A stretch of DNA of 64,000 nucleotides from the NCBI RefSeq assembly GCF_964213995.1, contig NC_135804.1:59396001-59460000 (forward strand). Reading direction: 5' to 3'. Under the pieces are notes generated by a model. The model was given only the letters and a program-made list of their open reading frames with translations. It did not search any database and had not been told where the DNA came from. Shown piece by piece: positions 25,235 to 37,400 of the stretch; positions within the stretch are counted from its first letter, which is position 1; each line of letters starts with the position of its first letter. A program made the position numbers and the translations under genes. This DNA is from Mustelus asterias (lineage: Eukaryota).

Positions 25235-27025
25235 CGAATCACTGTCGTGTTTTGTAACTTCTGCACGTATTGAATTGCTAAAAAAAAGGCATGTGTTATG
25301 CATGATACAAAGAACAAAGAACAAAGAACAATACAGCACAGGAACAGGCCCTTCGGCCCTCTATGCCCGCGCCGCTCCCTGGTCCAAACTAGACCATTTT
25401 TTGGTATCCCTCCATTCCCACTCCGTAACAGAAAATATTTGAGTGTTAGTTACAGAATTTACGTAAATTCGCGACGTCAGTTTTGTTTCTTGAAAGCTAA
25501 GATGGATAGTAAAGAAAAATAAGCGGATAACTGTTGGTTGGTTGGTCATTCTATTTTTTCAGAGAAGTTCAGAACACAAGCAGTCATAAGTTGTACACCA
25601 TCGTCAAAATCACTCATATTATAACAGTTGACTTTGATTAGGGCCCGTTGGGGTTCCACGAAAGCATCTTCCGTCTTCTCCTCACATAAATGGATCATCG
25701 TGACCCTCTATTCTCTGCTTTCACATATGCTTGTCTAGCTTCCACTTACATTCACATTTTACCATTTTTTCAACCATTACCCGTGATGGCATGTTTCACA
25801 CTTTTTCACGGTTTGGGTAAAGGAACGCATTTTTGATTTCCTAGTGATTTCAGCGAATCTCATCAGTTCTCATTTATTCTTTAGCATGCAGCACTCAAAA
25901 CAATAGTGAGCGGACATGGAAAGGTTTGCTTTCAGGTGTTGTACTGTGCTTGCAAGTGCAGCTGAGGGAAATTTGCAATTGTGGAGCGGAGAAATCGCAT
26001 ATGAGCAGGGGGTGATGGCAGCTGCTTTCAGAAGGCAAATATAGAACAAGGTATTTGAGGAAGAGGCCAGCAGTTGTGCGATCTTTTGCCGTAAACCGTG
26101 GATCAACAGGATTTAAGACCTAAAGATGGCATCGGGAGTTGCATTCTTCCCACTATTGTCAAGTCCGACATTCTGACTTGCCCGGTATTCTCCTCCAGAG
26201 GCGATTTCAGCACAGCGCTTCTTGCAGGTCCATTCATTCATCTCACTTACGACACCTCAGAGACCCTTTCGAGCAGCCAACAAACACATTCATCCTCACT
26301 CACTCAAATGCCTTCTGACAGATATGCACGAGAGGATATCTGACAACTCGGCAAGAGTCAGAGGCACTTAGTTTTGGGAAGGCAGAGGGGTCGGCCTCCA
26401 ACTGGCGGGATTTGGCAATGAATGGTCTTATGCTTCAATGTGCAGGCAGCTTTCAACCATGAGAAGACGGAAGGCACTTTCGTGGAGCCCCAACGAGCCC
26501 TAATCAAAGTGTACCATTATAATATGAGTGATTTTGACCATGGTGTACAACTTATGACTGCTTGCGTTCTGAACTTATCTGATACGTTAGAATGACCAAC
26601 CAACAATTATCCACTGATTTTTCTTTACTATCCATCTTAATTGCACCCCTGTTAGTTTTCAGGAAACAAAAGTGGCGTTGCGAGTTTAGGTAAATTCTGA
26701 AATTAAAATTCAAATATTTTCTGTTACGTGTCATCCATACCACATCCGTGTTTAGCAATTCAATACATGCATACGTTAAAAATCACGATGGTGATTCAAA
26801 CATACATACATATAATTTCGCGCTCCACCTTTCTGAGCACAAACTGTGTCAAAAGCTTCCACCTCATTGCTTCCGTTCCTTGTAGGAGAAAATATAAAAT
26901 AACTTGGCAAGAGTCAGAGAAAGACACGTAGTTTTCGGAGGGCAGAGGGGCCTGCATCCAAATGTCGGAAATTGGGCAATGCATGGTGTAATGTTTCAAT
27001 GTGCAGGCAACTTTGCACCATGAGG
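25235..27025. repeat. Inverted duplication (25235-25680 / 26461-26800) with flanking direct repeat (26347-26463 / 26902-27024)
   Basis: For example gcagtcataagttgtacacca vs tggtgtacaacttatgactgc; ggcaagagtcagag...caatgtgcaggca occurs twice. Confidence 0.85.
25309..25422 (-). mobile_element. CR1 3' tail
   Basis: (CAAAGAA)3 tail and ggcccttcggccc; absent from the duplicated arm at 26461-26800. Confidence 0.8.
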
Positions 27026-27615
27026 ATTAAGCTGCCAGCAACCTCTTGACCTCAGTGCCTGATTGTAATGAGGCAACCGTCTAAGCACATGTCGGGATAG
27101 CTAGTCCATTGCCTTTAGACATTTTGTAGGGGATCTAGGCTATTTCCACTTGCATCTCGTTGGCCATGACCTCGGTTTGCGCAGAAGACAGCTGGTGCTC
27201 CTATACTTGATCGTCCAGCTGCAGCTGGAGCATGTTCTTGTGGGAAGCCCCATGTATGAGACACTCTGAAGAGGGAATGCCTCGTAACTTGATACTTTGC
27301 TCCTATGTTGCTCTGAGGTTGGCAGCAGGGAAGTGAAACTGCGAGTGAGTGAAGGACTTGTCAAACACGCGACTCGTTCCACCTGAAACGACAAGGGCAA
27401 CAGACGCATTCAAACAACAAGTCCTCCTCCGAGCCAATAATCCACATACCAGCCTGACTTGTAAAAATATTGCCGTTTCTTTACTATCACTTCGTCAAAA
27501 ACTGGAACTCTATTCCCAACACCACTGTGAGTATAGCCTCCTTAGCAGGATTGCAGCGGTTGAAGAAGGTGGCTCATCGCCACATTTTCAAGGAGAATTA
27601 ACAATGGACAACAAA

Positions 27616-27765
27616 TGCTGGCCTTGTGAGCAACAACCACATTCCATGAAAAAATAGAAAAAAGCTGATGTGCTTCACAGGTAGGCAGTCTGCTGGCCTT
27701 GTGAGCAACAACCACATTCCATGAAAAAATAGAAAAAAGCTGATGTGCTTCACAGGTAGGCAGTC
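27616..27765. repeat. Perfect 75-nt tandem duplication
   Basis: tgctggccttgtgagc...gtaggcagtc twice. Confidence 0.95.
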
Positions 27766-28419
27766 TACACCTGCCAATAGGTGACACATCACCTGACAGA
27801 AAGAACGCTTTGCAAATAAAGCACTCACTATTCATTTCTGTGGCTCTTAGGTGCAATTGATCAAAGATTGGCGGCTTTACATCTTGCGAATTTCTTCGAG
27901 GCAATCCGTATCACTATGTCTTCTCACTCCCGGATTGGAGACACGAATCAGACGGCTTGATTTGGAGGAAAGATTGATTCCATTTGCACAGTGCGTCCTA
28001 ATTCAGTTAGCCGAGGCACGGCTGACATTGCACAATTTTCAATTGTTTACTACCGGCCCTCGAACTCCAGACTTGCATCATTGCCAGTGGAAAATCCTCC
28101 GCCCGCTTATAGCTTCTAATTGCACTCAATTCGCCTCCCGGCAACCATTAGAACCCGCCATCGGGAAAAGTGGCAGGCGGCCTTTAAAAAACTAGTTTCT
28201 TTTTCGGTTTGTGCGCCGGAAAATTTTATTTTTTTCACGACACCACCCCCGTTCCCACCGCTACCCCCGCATGCCGCCTCACCGTCCGCCTGTAAACCTT
28301 CCGTCATGGGCCTTGGGAACTACATTCTTCCCCAGCCCCGTTATATACGTCTAATTTCGCTCAGTTGACTTGCTCGTCCTCCGTAAAGGTCGGGTCTATA
28401 GAAGCGCATAAGCACAGGG

Positions 28420-31400
28420 CGTACGAAAAAGAGCAGGTCATTTGGCCCCTCGGGGCTGCTCTGCCTTTCAATAAGATAATTGCTGATTCGTCTGCCTTTC
28501 GAAACCTACATAATCTTCTACAGCCGATAACCTTTGATTCCGTTGTCAAACATAACTCTATCACTGCTTTAAAAATATTGACTGGCCTTCTGAGGTAGAG
28601 GTCAAAAGTCGCTAAACCCTCTGAGGATAAAATATTATCTCTTTATATCTGTCCGATTAGGGTGAGCACATATTTCAAAACAATGCCCCAATTTCTGAAC
28701 TCACTTATCCTTCCACCATACCAAGACCATTCGCGATCTTACATACTTCAATCAAGTCATCGGCCACTCTTCTAAACTCGAGTGGAACCACTTCCGGGCG
28801 TCCAACCTATACTCATAATACAACCTGCTCATTCTAGGTATCAGCGAGTAAAGCTCCTCTGAACCCTTCTAAACCATTTACATCTATCCTCGAATAACGA
28901 GACCAGAACTGTACAAAACATTCGGAATGCATTCACAACAATGCCCTATATAACTAACGCATAACATCCTTAGTTTTACATTTAGTTCCTCTCGTAATAA
29001 TGAAAAGTACTCTATTAGCTTTCTGGATTACGTACTGCAGCAGCATGCAAACGTTTTGTGACTCATGCAGGAGAATACATAGATTCCTATGCATATTAGA
29101 ATCATGCAGTCGTTCTCTGTTTAAATAACTCTTTGTTTTTATTCTTCCTCCCAAAGGTAACAAGTTCACGTTTTCCCACATTATACTCCATCAGCCAGAG
29201 TTTGCGTACCGACTCAACTTATCCATATCCTTCCGCAAACTCCTTATACCTTCTTCAAAACAACCTTCCCTAACAATCCCTGTGTCTCCTGTAAAGTTAG
29301 CTACCATGTCTTCACTCCCTTAATCTAAGTCATTGATCGAGATCGTGAAAAGCACAGATCCCTTGGCGAATCCACTCATCACTTCCCGCCAATCCGAGAA
29401 AGACACATTATGCAAACTCTCTGTTTTCTGCCAACCAGCTAAATCAACTGAGCAGGCTAAAATGCCATCCGCAATAGCTTTTATCGTCCACGTTAACCTT
29501 TGATTTTGGACCGAATCAGACGTCTTCTGCAAATTCAAATGCAATACGTCTACAGGCTCCTTTTTTTATCCACAGCATATTATGCATTCAAAGAACTCTA
29601 ATAAATTAATTACACGTGATTTCCCTTTCACAACACCGTGCTGATTCTTCTTGATTAACTTGAGTTTCTCTAACTGCCACGTTATAACCTCTTTAATGAA
29701 CAACTCTAAGATCTTCCCCACGACAGACGTCAAAATAACTGGCCTATAGTTTCTTGCATTCTGCCTCTTGCCCTGTATTAATAATGGGGTTATGTTTACT
29801 GTTTTCCGGTCTGATGGAACCTTCCCACAATCCATGTAATTTGGGAAAACTAGCACCAACGCATCTACTACATTAGCGACCTATTTTAAGATCCTAGAAT
29901 GAAGTCCAACAGGAGAAGAGATAAGGAGACTGATGAGTCTGCAGCTCAATCAACTGCCTCAGTTCTGCTTCTCCATTGATTGGAATTTCATCAAGTTGCT
30001 CACTCTCCCCTGATTTACATCTATAACTGGAATGTTTGCTTAGCCCTCCATCGTGAAGAAAGAAACAAAAGAATACTTAATTTATTTGCTAATCCTTTGC
30101 CTACTATCAAATTCCCACTGTCACTCTCTTGAGGGCCAACACTCAATTTACAAACTAGTTTCCTGTTTACATCCTTGTACAAACCCTTGCCATTCATTTT
30201 ACATTTCTAGCTATTTCCTCTCATACTCCAATTTAAGTTTCCCGTTAGTCATTGGTCATTATCTGCTTTTCTTTATATTCTGACTAATAATCTGACCTGT
30301 CACTCATCTTTGTGCACTTATATGTTTTTTTCCTTAAGTTTAATGCTTTTCCTAACTTCTTTGGTTAACCATGGATGGCGTATCCTCCGTTTAGAATTTT
30401 TTGTTATAGTAAGAATATACACATTGTGAGTATTCTGAAATATTTTAAATGTCTGCCACCAGTTCTCTATTGATCTACCCCCCTACCCTAATATCTCAGT
30501 TCACGCGAGCTAGCCCAGCTTTCATACCCACATGATTGCCCTCATTTATGTTTAAAATACGAGTCTTAGACCGACTCTTCTCCCTTTCATGCTGGATATA
30601 AAACTCACTCACACTATTGTCGATGCTACAACGGTGTGAACCTGAGGCCACTATTTAATCGTCTCACATTACACAATACCAAGTCTAATAGTATCTTCTT
30701 AGCTCGTTGGTTCCAGCGTGTGCTGCTCTGAGAAACTATCTCGAAAGCATTCCACGAACTCAACATAAAGGTTACTGTGATAAATCGATTTCCCAGTTTA
30801 TATGTTGATTGAAGTCATGGTGGATTATTGATGGCGCTTTATCACAAGCACCCAATATCTATTTGTGTATATTTTGTCCTACAGTGTGGTTACTTTTAAG
30901 GAGCCTAAAAATCGCTCTCACTCGTAACTTTTTCCATACTGTTCCTCATCTCCACTCAAAGCGATCTACACCCTGATCTCCAAAACCGCGGTCATCTTAA
31001 ATTATTGCACCAAATGCCATCCTCGATAAAGAGTGCTACCCTTTCATGTTTAGCGAGATTTCTATTCTCCTTGAGTGTCTTATACCCCTCAATGTTCAGG
31101 ACCACCACCACCCCCGCCCCCGCCCCTCCCCCGCCCCCCCCGGCCCACCCCACTTTGTCATCCTGCAGCCACATATGCCGCAATGGCTTTCAGTTCATAT
31201 TTATTTGCTTTACTGTTCGCTATGAGTTTGTTTGATTTGTCACAAATGTTTTGCGCATTCAGATACATAACCTTTAGTTTTGTCTTTTTGTTCCATTTGC
31301 AACTTTTGGTCTTGATTCTTGGTATTTTCTTCGGGTTATTCTCTCTGTTCCTTCCTGCCATTGCCCGACTCTTATTTCCCATATTGCTGTGTTCCTTGCT

Positions 31401-31700
31401 TACATTGTCTCCAGTCGTTGATATAAAACACCATACTTGTCACATGTCCGAACTATTTAGCACAAACCCTTCTCTCCTTCTCTAGTTATGCTGCTTCCAA
31501 GAACATTGGTCTCAACGCATTTCAGGTGTATACCACCTCAACGGTGTAGTCCCCAATTTCCCCAGCACTGGTGCCAGTGCCCACAAACTGAAACCTATTT
31601 CTCCCACGGTAGTCTTTGAGCCATGTATTCATCATACTGATTTTATGTACTCGATGCCAATTTGAACTCTACTCCTTACCAAGCTTCAGGTCTGCACTAA
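28420..31700 (-). mobile_element. Old, long CR1 LINE
   Basis: Fragments KLKVMYLNAQ (endonuclease start), NYRPVILTSVVGK and FTISINDLD. Confidence 0.85.
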
Positions 31701-32299
31701 ATTCCCTCAGATGCACTCAATTTTCCTGAGATATACTAAAGAGGCCTGTAGTTATAGTCAACTGAACTTGTGCTAGAGTTTCAACTAGTTTCAACCGGTT
31801 AGCTAATAAATAATCAGCTATCACAGCAGAAAGTGAGTTTACCTTTTTAAAGCTGCAAGAAAAGAACTTAGCATTCCTATACATTGGCTAAAATTGCGAG
31901 GATTCTGGGAGCTGGTCATTCGTTAATACGTTACCCAGTTCACAATCCTTACGTTTCCAGTCCCCAAATTATAGTCCTAGATGTGCCTGGTCAGTCTTAC
32001 TCTCTAAACTCAATCGCCATCCATCATGCTTGATTAGTTGTTCATTGATTCGCTTTTGAGCAAATGGGGAAATCACCCCACTTCTCCACGAACAACTGTC
32101 CGAATTTCCAATTTCGGTTCCAGCAGCTGATATACATTGCACTTTCAGTTCTAGTTCTGCAATTCCAGCGAAACATTGGTTAATATCAAAGTCTGTGCAT
32201 AATTTTCGCGCCGCTGCCGTCAGTTGGTTGACACAATAACATCTGTTGCACAAAAGTTCTGCACAGTGCCCTGAAAGGTATCTCCTGAGTTCCTGATTA

Positions 32300-34468
32300 T
32301 GACAACCGAACGAAATCGGAACAAGAATAGGCCATTCGGTCCATCGAACCTGTTCCGCCATTCAAAAGGATCATGATTGATCCGACATTCTCACGTCCAC
32401 TTTCCTGCCCTTTCCCCAGAATCGTAGATTTTCTTACTGTGGGAAAAAAATCAATCTTAGCTTTAATTATACACAAGTATTCTGGTCCCACAACTATCTA
32501 TTGCAAGGAGTTCCAAAGAGTCTTACCCCTCTGAGAGAAGGCATTCACTCTCATCTCATTCTTAAATTGGCTCCCCTTTATTCTGAGACTATGTTCTCTG
32601 ATCCTAGACTCTCACATGAGGGGAAATATCCTCTCAGCATTTACCCTGTCAAGCCCCTTCAGAAACCTTTATGTTTCAATGAGATCATCTCTCATTCGTC
32701 GAAATTCCAATGAGTGGAGTCCCAATCTGTTTAAACTTTCCTCATAAGACAATCCTTCTGTACCGGGGATCGTCTTAGTGAACCATCGCTGAATTGCCTC
32801 CAATGGATTAAAATTTTGCTTAAATAAGGGGGGCAAAACCGCTCGTAGTACTCCAGGTGTGGTCTCGTCAGTACCTTGTACAGTTGCAAAAAGCCTCTCC
32901 GATTCTTATACTCCAATCCCTGTGTGCTCGCTTCCTGTGTTTTGTGCACAAGCATCTACAAGTCTCTTTGTGTTGCAGGTTTCGCCGGTTTTTCTCCACT
33001 TAAATCATATTCAGTTCTTTAATTCTCCCCTCCAAATTGAACTTCACTTTCTCCCTCATTATCCTCCTTTTTCCCACTTTTTGTCGCCACTTACTTATCC
33101 TATTAATATCTCTTCATAACTTTTTGCATCCCTCTCACAACCTGCTTTTCCACCTATTGTTGTGTCGAACTGGGGTGATCAGTAAGTTTGCGGACGACAC
33201 AAAATTGGCAGGACTTGCAGATAGTGAGGAGCATTGTCAGAAGCTACAGAAGGATATAGATAGGCTGGAAATTTGGGCAAAGAAATGGCAGATGGAGTTC
33301 AATCCTGATGAATGCGAAGTGATGCATTTTGGTACAAATAATGTAGGGAGGAGCTATACGATAAATGGCAGAACCATAAAGGGTGTAGATACGCAGAGGG
33401 ACCTGGGTGTGCAAGTCCACAGATCCTTGAAGGTGACGTCACAGGTGGAGAAGGTGGTGAAGAAGGCATATGGCATGCTTGCCTTTATAGGACGGGCCAT
33501 AGAGTATAAAAGTTGGGGTCTGATGTTGCAGATGTTTAGAACGTTGGTTCGGCCGCATTTGGAATGCTGCGTCCAGTTCTGGTCGCCACGCTACCAGAAG
33601 GACGTGGAGGCTTTGGAGAGAGTACAGAGGAGGTTTACCAGGATGTTGCCTGGTATGGAGGGGCTTAGTTATGAGGAGAGATTGGGTAAACTGGGCTTGT
33701 TCTCCCTGGAAAGACGGAGGATGAGGGGAGACTTAATAGAGGTGTGTAAAATTATGAAGGGCATAGATAGGGTGAACGGTGGGAAGCTTTTCCCCATGTC
33801 GGTGGTGACGTTCACGAGGGGTCACAGGCTCCAGTTGAGAGGGGCGAAGTGTAACTCAGATATTAGAGGGATGTCTTTTACACAGAGAGTGGTGGGGGCC
33901 TGGAATGCGCTGCCAGGCAAGATGGTGGAGGCGGACACACTGGGAACGTTTAAGACTTATCTAGATAGCCATATGAACGGAGTGGGAATGGAGGGATTCA
34001 AAAGAATGGTCTAGTTTGGACCAGGGAGCGGCGCGGGCTTGGAGGGCCGAAGGGCCTGTTGCTGTGCTGTATTGTTCTTTTTTCTTTGTTCTTTGAATGC
34101 AAATATGGCGATAATAGATTCGCTTCCTTCCTTCAAGTCATAATATATTATGAACAGTTGCGATTCCAGCACTAATCTCTGTGGAACCACATTGGTTACA
34201 GGTCACCGACCTGAAAAAGAACCCCTTATCCCCACTCGTGTTTCCTGCCCATCAGCCAATTATCTATCCAACCCAATACATTGAACACCATGAACTCTGA
34301 TCTTATGACTTAACCTTTTGTGAGGTACCTTGTCCAACGCCTTCTGGAAGTCCAAATTCAACACATCTACTGGTTCCCCTCTATCCACTCTGGTTGAGAC
34401 TTACTCGAAAAACTTTGAAAAAATAGTCAGACACGGTTTCCGTTCTATGAAACCATGCTGCCTCTGCT
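32300..34468 (-). mobile_element. CR1 LINE containing a nested opposite-strand CR1
   Basis: Minus-strand RT fragments at 32300-33165 and 34096-34468; flanked by TGATTA on both sides (32294-32299, 34469-34474). Confidence 0.85.
33168..34095 (+). mobile_element. Young CR1 LINE, nested
   Basis: Open RT C-terminus from ISKFADDTK to the stop at 34014; (TTCTTTG)n tail. Confidence 0.93.
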
Positions 34469-37400
34469 TGATTAGGGTAGACGTCTTTCCATTTGGATGA
34501 AAGGACGTGTTCCTTCCTGCCACAGTCTATTACCATTACCGCGTTTCCAACCGGATGGTTAAAAGATCATAGCCCTGCCGCACTCCGTTACCCCTCGGCC
34601 CACCCAAAGCATTCGTGTAAATATTACCTGCGGAAGAGAGCTGGCGACCCAAGATGCCGACCGGTATTGCTCACTCTATTGGCCACCCGCCTCAGCTCCC
34701 CGACCAGGGGTGGACTGAAAAACAAGCTTTCGATATCTCACTTCACCAGAATTCATCAGCTAAATTGTGAACCCGTGCCTTCGTTGCAATCGCCCGCATA
34801 TTTATTTTCGGTAAGTGGCCAATTATTTGAAGATGCTTTTTCTCTAACGTTATTTCTCGTGTGTATGCACAGGTAGGAATGATCTTGGTTTCCACTAGCT
34901 TATACCTGTTCATAGTATTTTTATCAAGTTCAAAATTCTGTGATTGTGTCACTGCCAGCAAAGAGCTGGAGTCGATTTTCGATTGCACCCTAATCCCTTT
35001 CGTTATATTCCAGAAATGATGGGTTGACTGGCCGAAACTCTGGATGAGGTTTCGCATCAGTTTGGGAAATTTCAGGGCGTGTGAAGGCAGGTAAAGTGGC
35101 GCGGGAATGTTTCACAGACGTTTCGTTCTTTTTCCTGCCGCCTGTTCATTTTGCCAGCGCAGGGGAAGGTGCCAGATGGACTGATTTGCGCGGGGCGCAC
35201 TTGGGGCATGAAAATGGCCAATTACGCGCGACTTCACACGTCAGCGGATCTTTCTCCCCACCCGGAGTCTCCACTGCTACATTGGGAGGTCACCAGTTGG
35301 CCTCGGCAGAACCTGGACAGTATCTCCAATCCGACTTACCTGTCTTGGAGGACGCACCGCTATTGATAGGTGGCGCTGCTGAGACCAGTGAGCTGCTGAG
35401 GATGCACATGGTTTGCAACAAATAGTTTGAAACGCTTCCCTTGAAGCCATGCGTCAAAATGACTATGAGAGATTGCGAAAGTGAAATAAAAGTACGCCTT
35501 TTATTACCTGAACTTGATTTTAGCGAAAGTATTTATCTGTTAATAATGACAAATTATTCAACCAAAGCGCAGGAGGACTTTTGAAATTTCGATAACGTGA
35601 ATGTTGAAAACATTCCTGCTTCTGAAAATGATTGGCGTATATAATCACGATTGGACCCGAAGATCAAGGTATATTGTGAAGCAAGACTAGGCTCCAGCAG
35701 TTTTTCTATTTGAACGTAAATGCGAGGAAAGGATGTCTCGCCTGCAGAGCAATTCCAGTAACAAATTTGGGATTTAAAAGAAATCAAAACAGGCTGAATT
35801 CGCACCCCAGTTTAAGGATAACTCCAACAAAATGCAGCACTGAACCTGCAATTATTGAACACTCGTTTAACATGAAAAGAAACAAGTCTTAATTTCTAAC
35901 TCATCACTATTTCAATTCCAAGTTATCAGCAGTCATCCCATAGACTTGACCCCCAGTTTAATTGCAGTTAGCAAACTCAGGCACACCTGCTTGAAATTGT
36001 GGTAACAGTCATGAAGGATCCAAAGACTTTTCAGAGAGAGCAGCTTGTATATTTAAACAGCCCTCTCCAGCCACTGAACAAAGAAATATGTTTTTCTCTG
36101 CTCACCCCAAACTAGCTCCTCCACATTCTAGTATCCCATGACCATATGAGCTTTACATCTAACCTTCATTTACTTTAATCAAAAGCCCTCGGGTCCTCTC
36201 TAGTTAGAAACTTAAAGCAATTAGCTTCATACTAAGTAAATGCTGGAGGGTTAAATTGATGCTTTTCAGCATCTGTTCTGTTCCCTTCAGACATACCGAT
36301 AGCTTTGAGAAAAGACACAACTTTAAACACGCTACAGAAACATAAAATATATGAATATTATGGTATCATCTCAATACGGTAAGGATGAATCTTAATTCAA
36401 GAGCCGAGCGCCAGTAGGGAACGTGGAGCGTGTCTGTAAACTGTCCAACCAGAGAAAGCAAGCTCTGGCATCTAACATTCATTTGCTCTCGGTTAACCTG
36501 TCTGCAACGTATTCGTATGTTTCAAGAATACAAAACAGTGTCAGACAATTCCCAACTGGATAAGGGTTGCTGTCATTAAATTGCATGAGTTCATTCTGGT
36601 TTGTTACAAAATTAAATGTATGTTAAGTAATCCAAGGCCTTCAGCATAACAATCGATAAAAGTATTTCTCCAACGTTGCCTAACATAATTTATTCATTTC
36701 AGCATCATTGGTGCTCCCCATCAAGTTTTAGAAGGTCACATTCATGTTCCCCAACCCGCCTGACAAAACGCTCAATTTCTCGACGGTAGAACCATGTGAT
36801 CGAGATTAAATTTTACTTGCAACCAAGTGAAATAAATTCCGGCTAGAAACCGGCATAAACAAATAATGATGATCAGTTGTAATCCCCAACCACAGGTCAG
36901 TCCTCTGTGGTGAACACTGTGACCTTGCTTCTCGCCGTCATCTTTACCTTATTCTACAGGGCGGCCATTTCTTGGTTCCGTGAGGAAGTTTTACTCAGAT
37001 ATGCACTTGTAAGTGAGAGACGGAGAAGAGAAACAATATTGTCCTCATTAGTTGAAAATGTAGCTGTCTGCTTTGTATGGTTCCGCAATCACGTTGAACA
37101 GATTGAGAATCTCTTCATTTATCTTCCGCTTCGACAAAGTTTTAAAAGCCGTTGCATTTTGAAGCAAACATAAGGCCTCCAGGCATGTCGTCTGTGTTAT
37201 GTTGACCGTTCAAAAAAGACATTCAAATGTCAGACAGCTCTCAGAAGGACAAAAAAGTAAAGAGACACACAGGGACTTGAAACAACAGTCGTACAGAATA
37301 TATAAATATGAATTTTCAATAACTTATCTGCCACCCGAATCAGTAGTCAGCGGCAATCCTTATCGCACCATCATGCATCGCCCACCCCATATCTGAAAGG

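Noticed and set aside
36820-37175. Hydrophobic stretches on both strands (TM or type II anchor)
   Set aside because: No consistent splice sites or linked domain.
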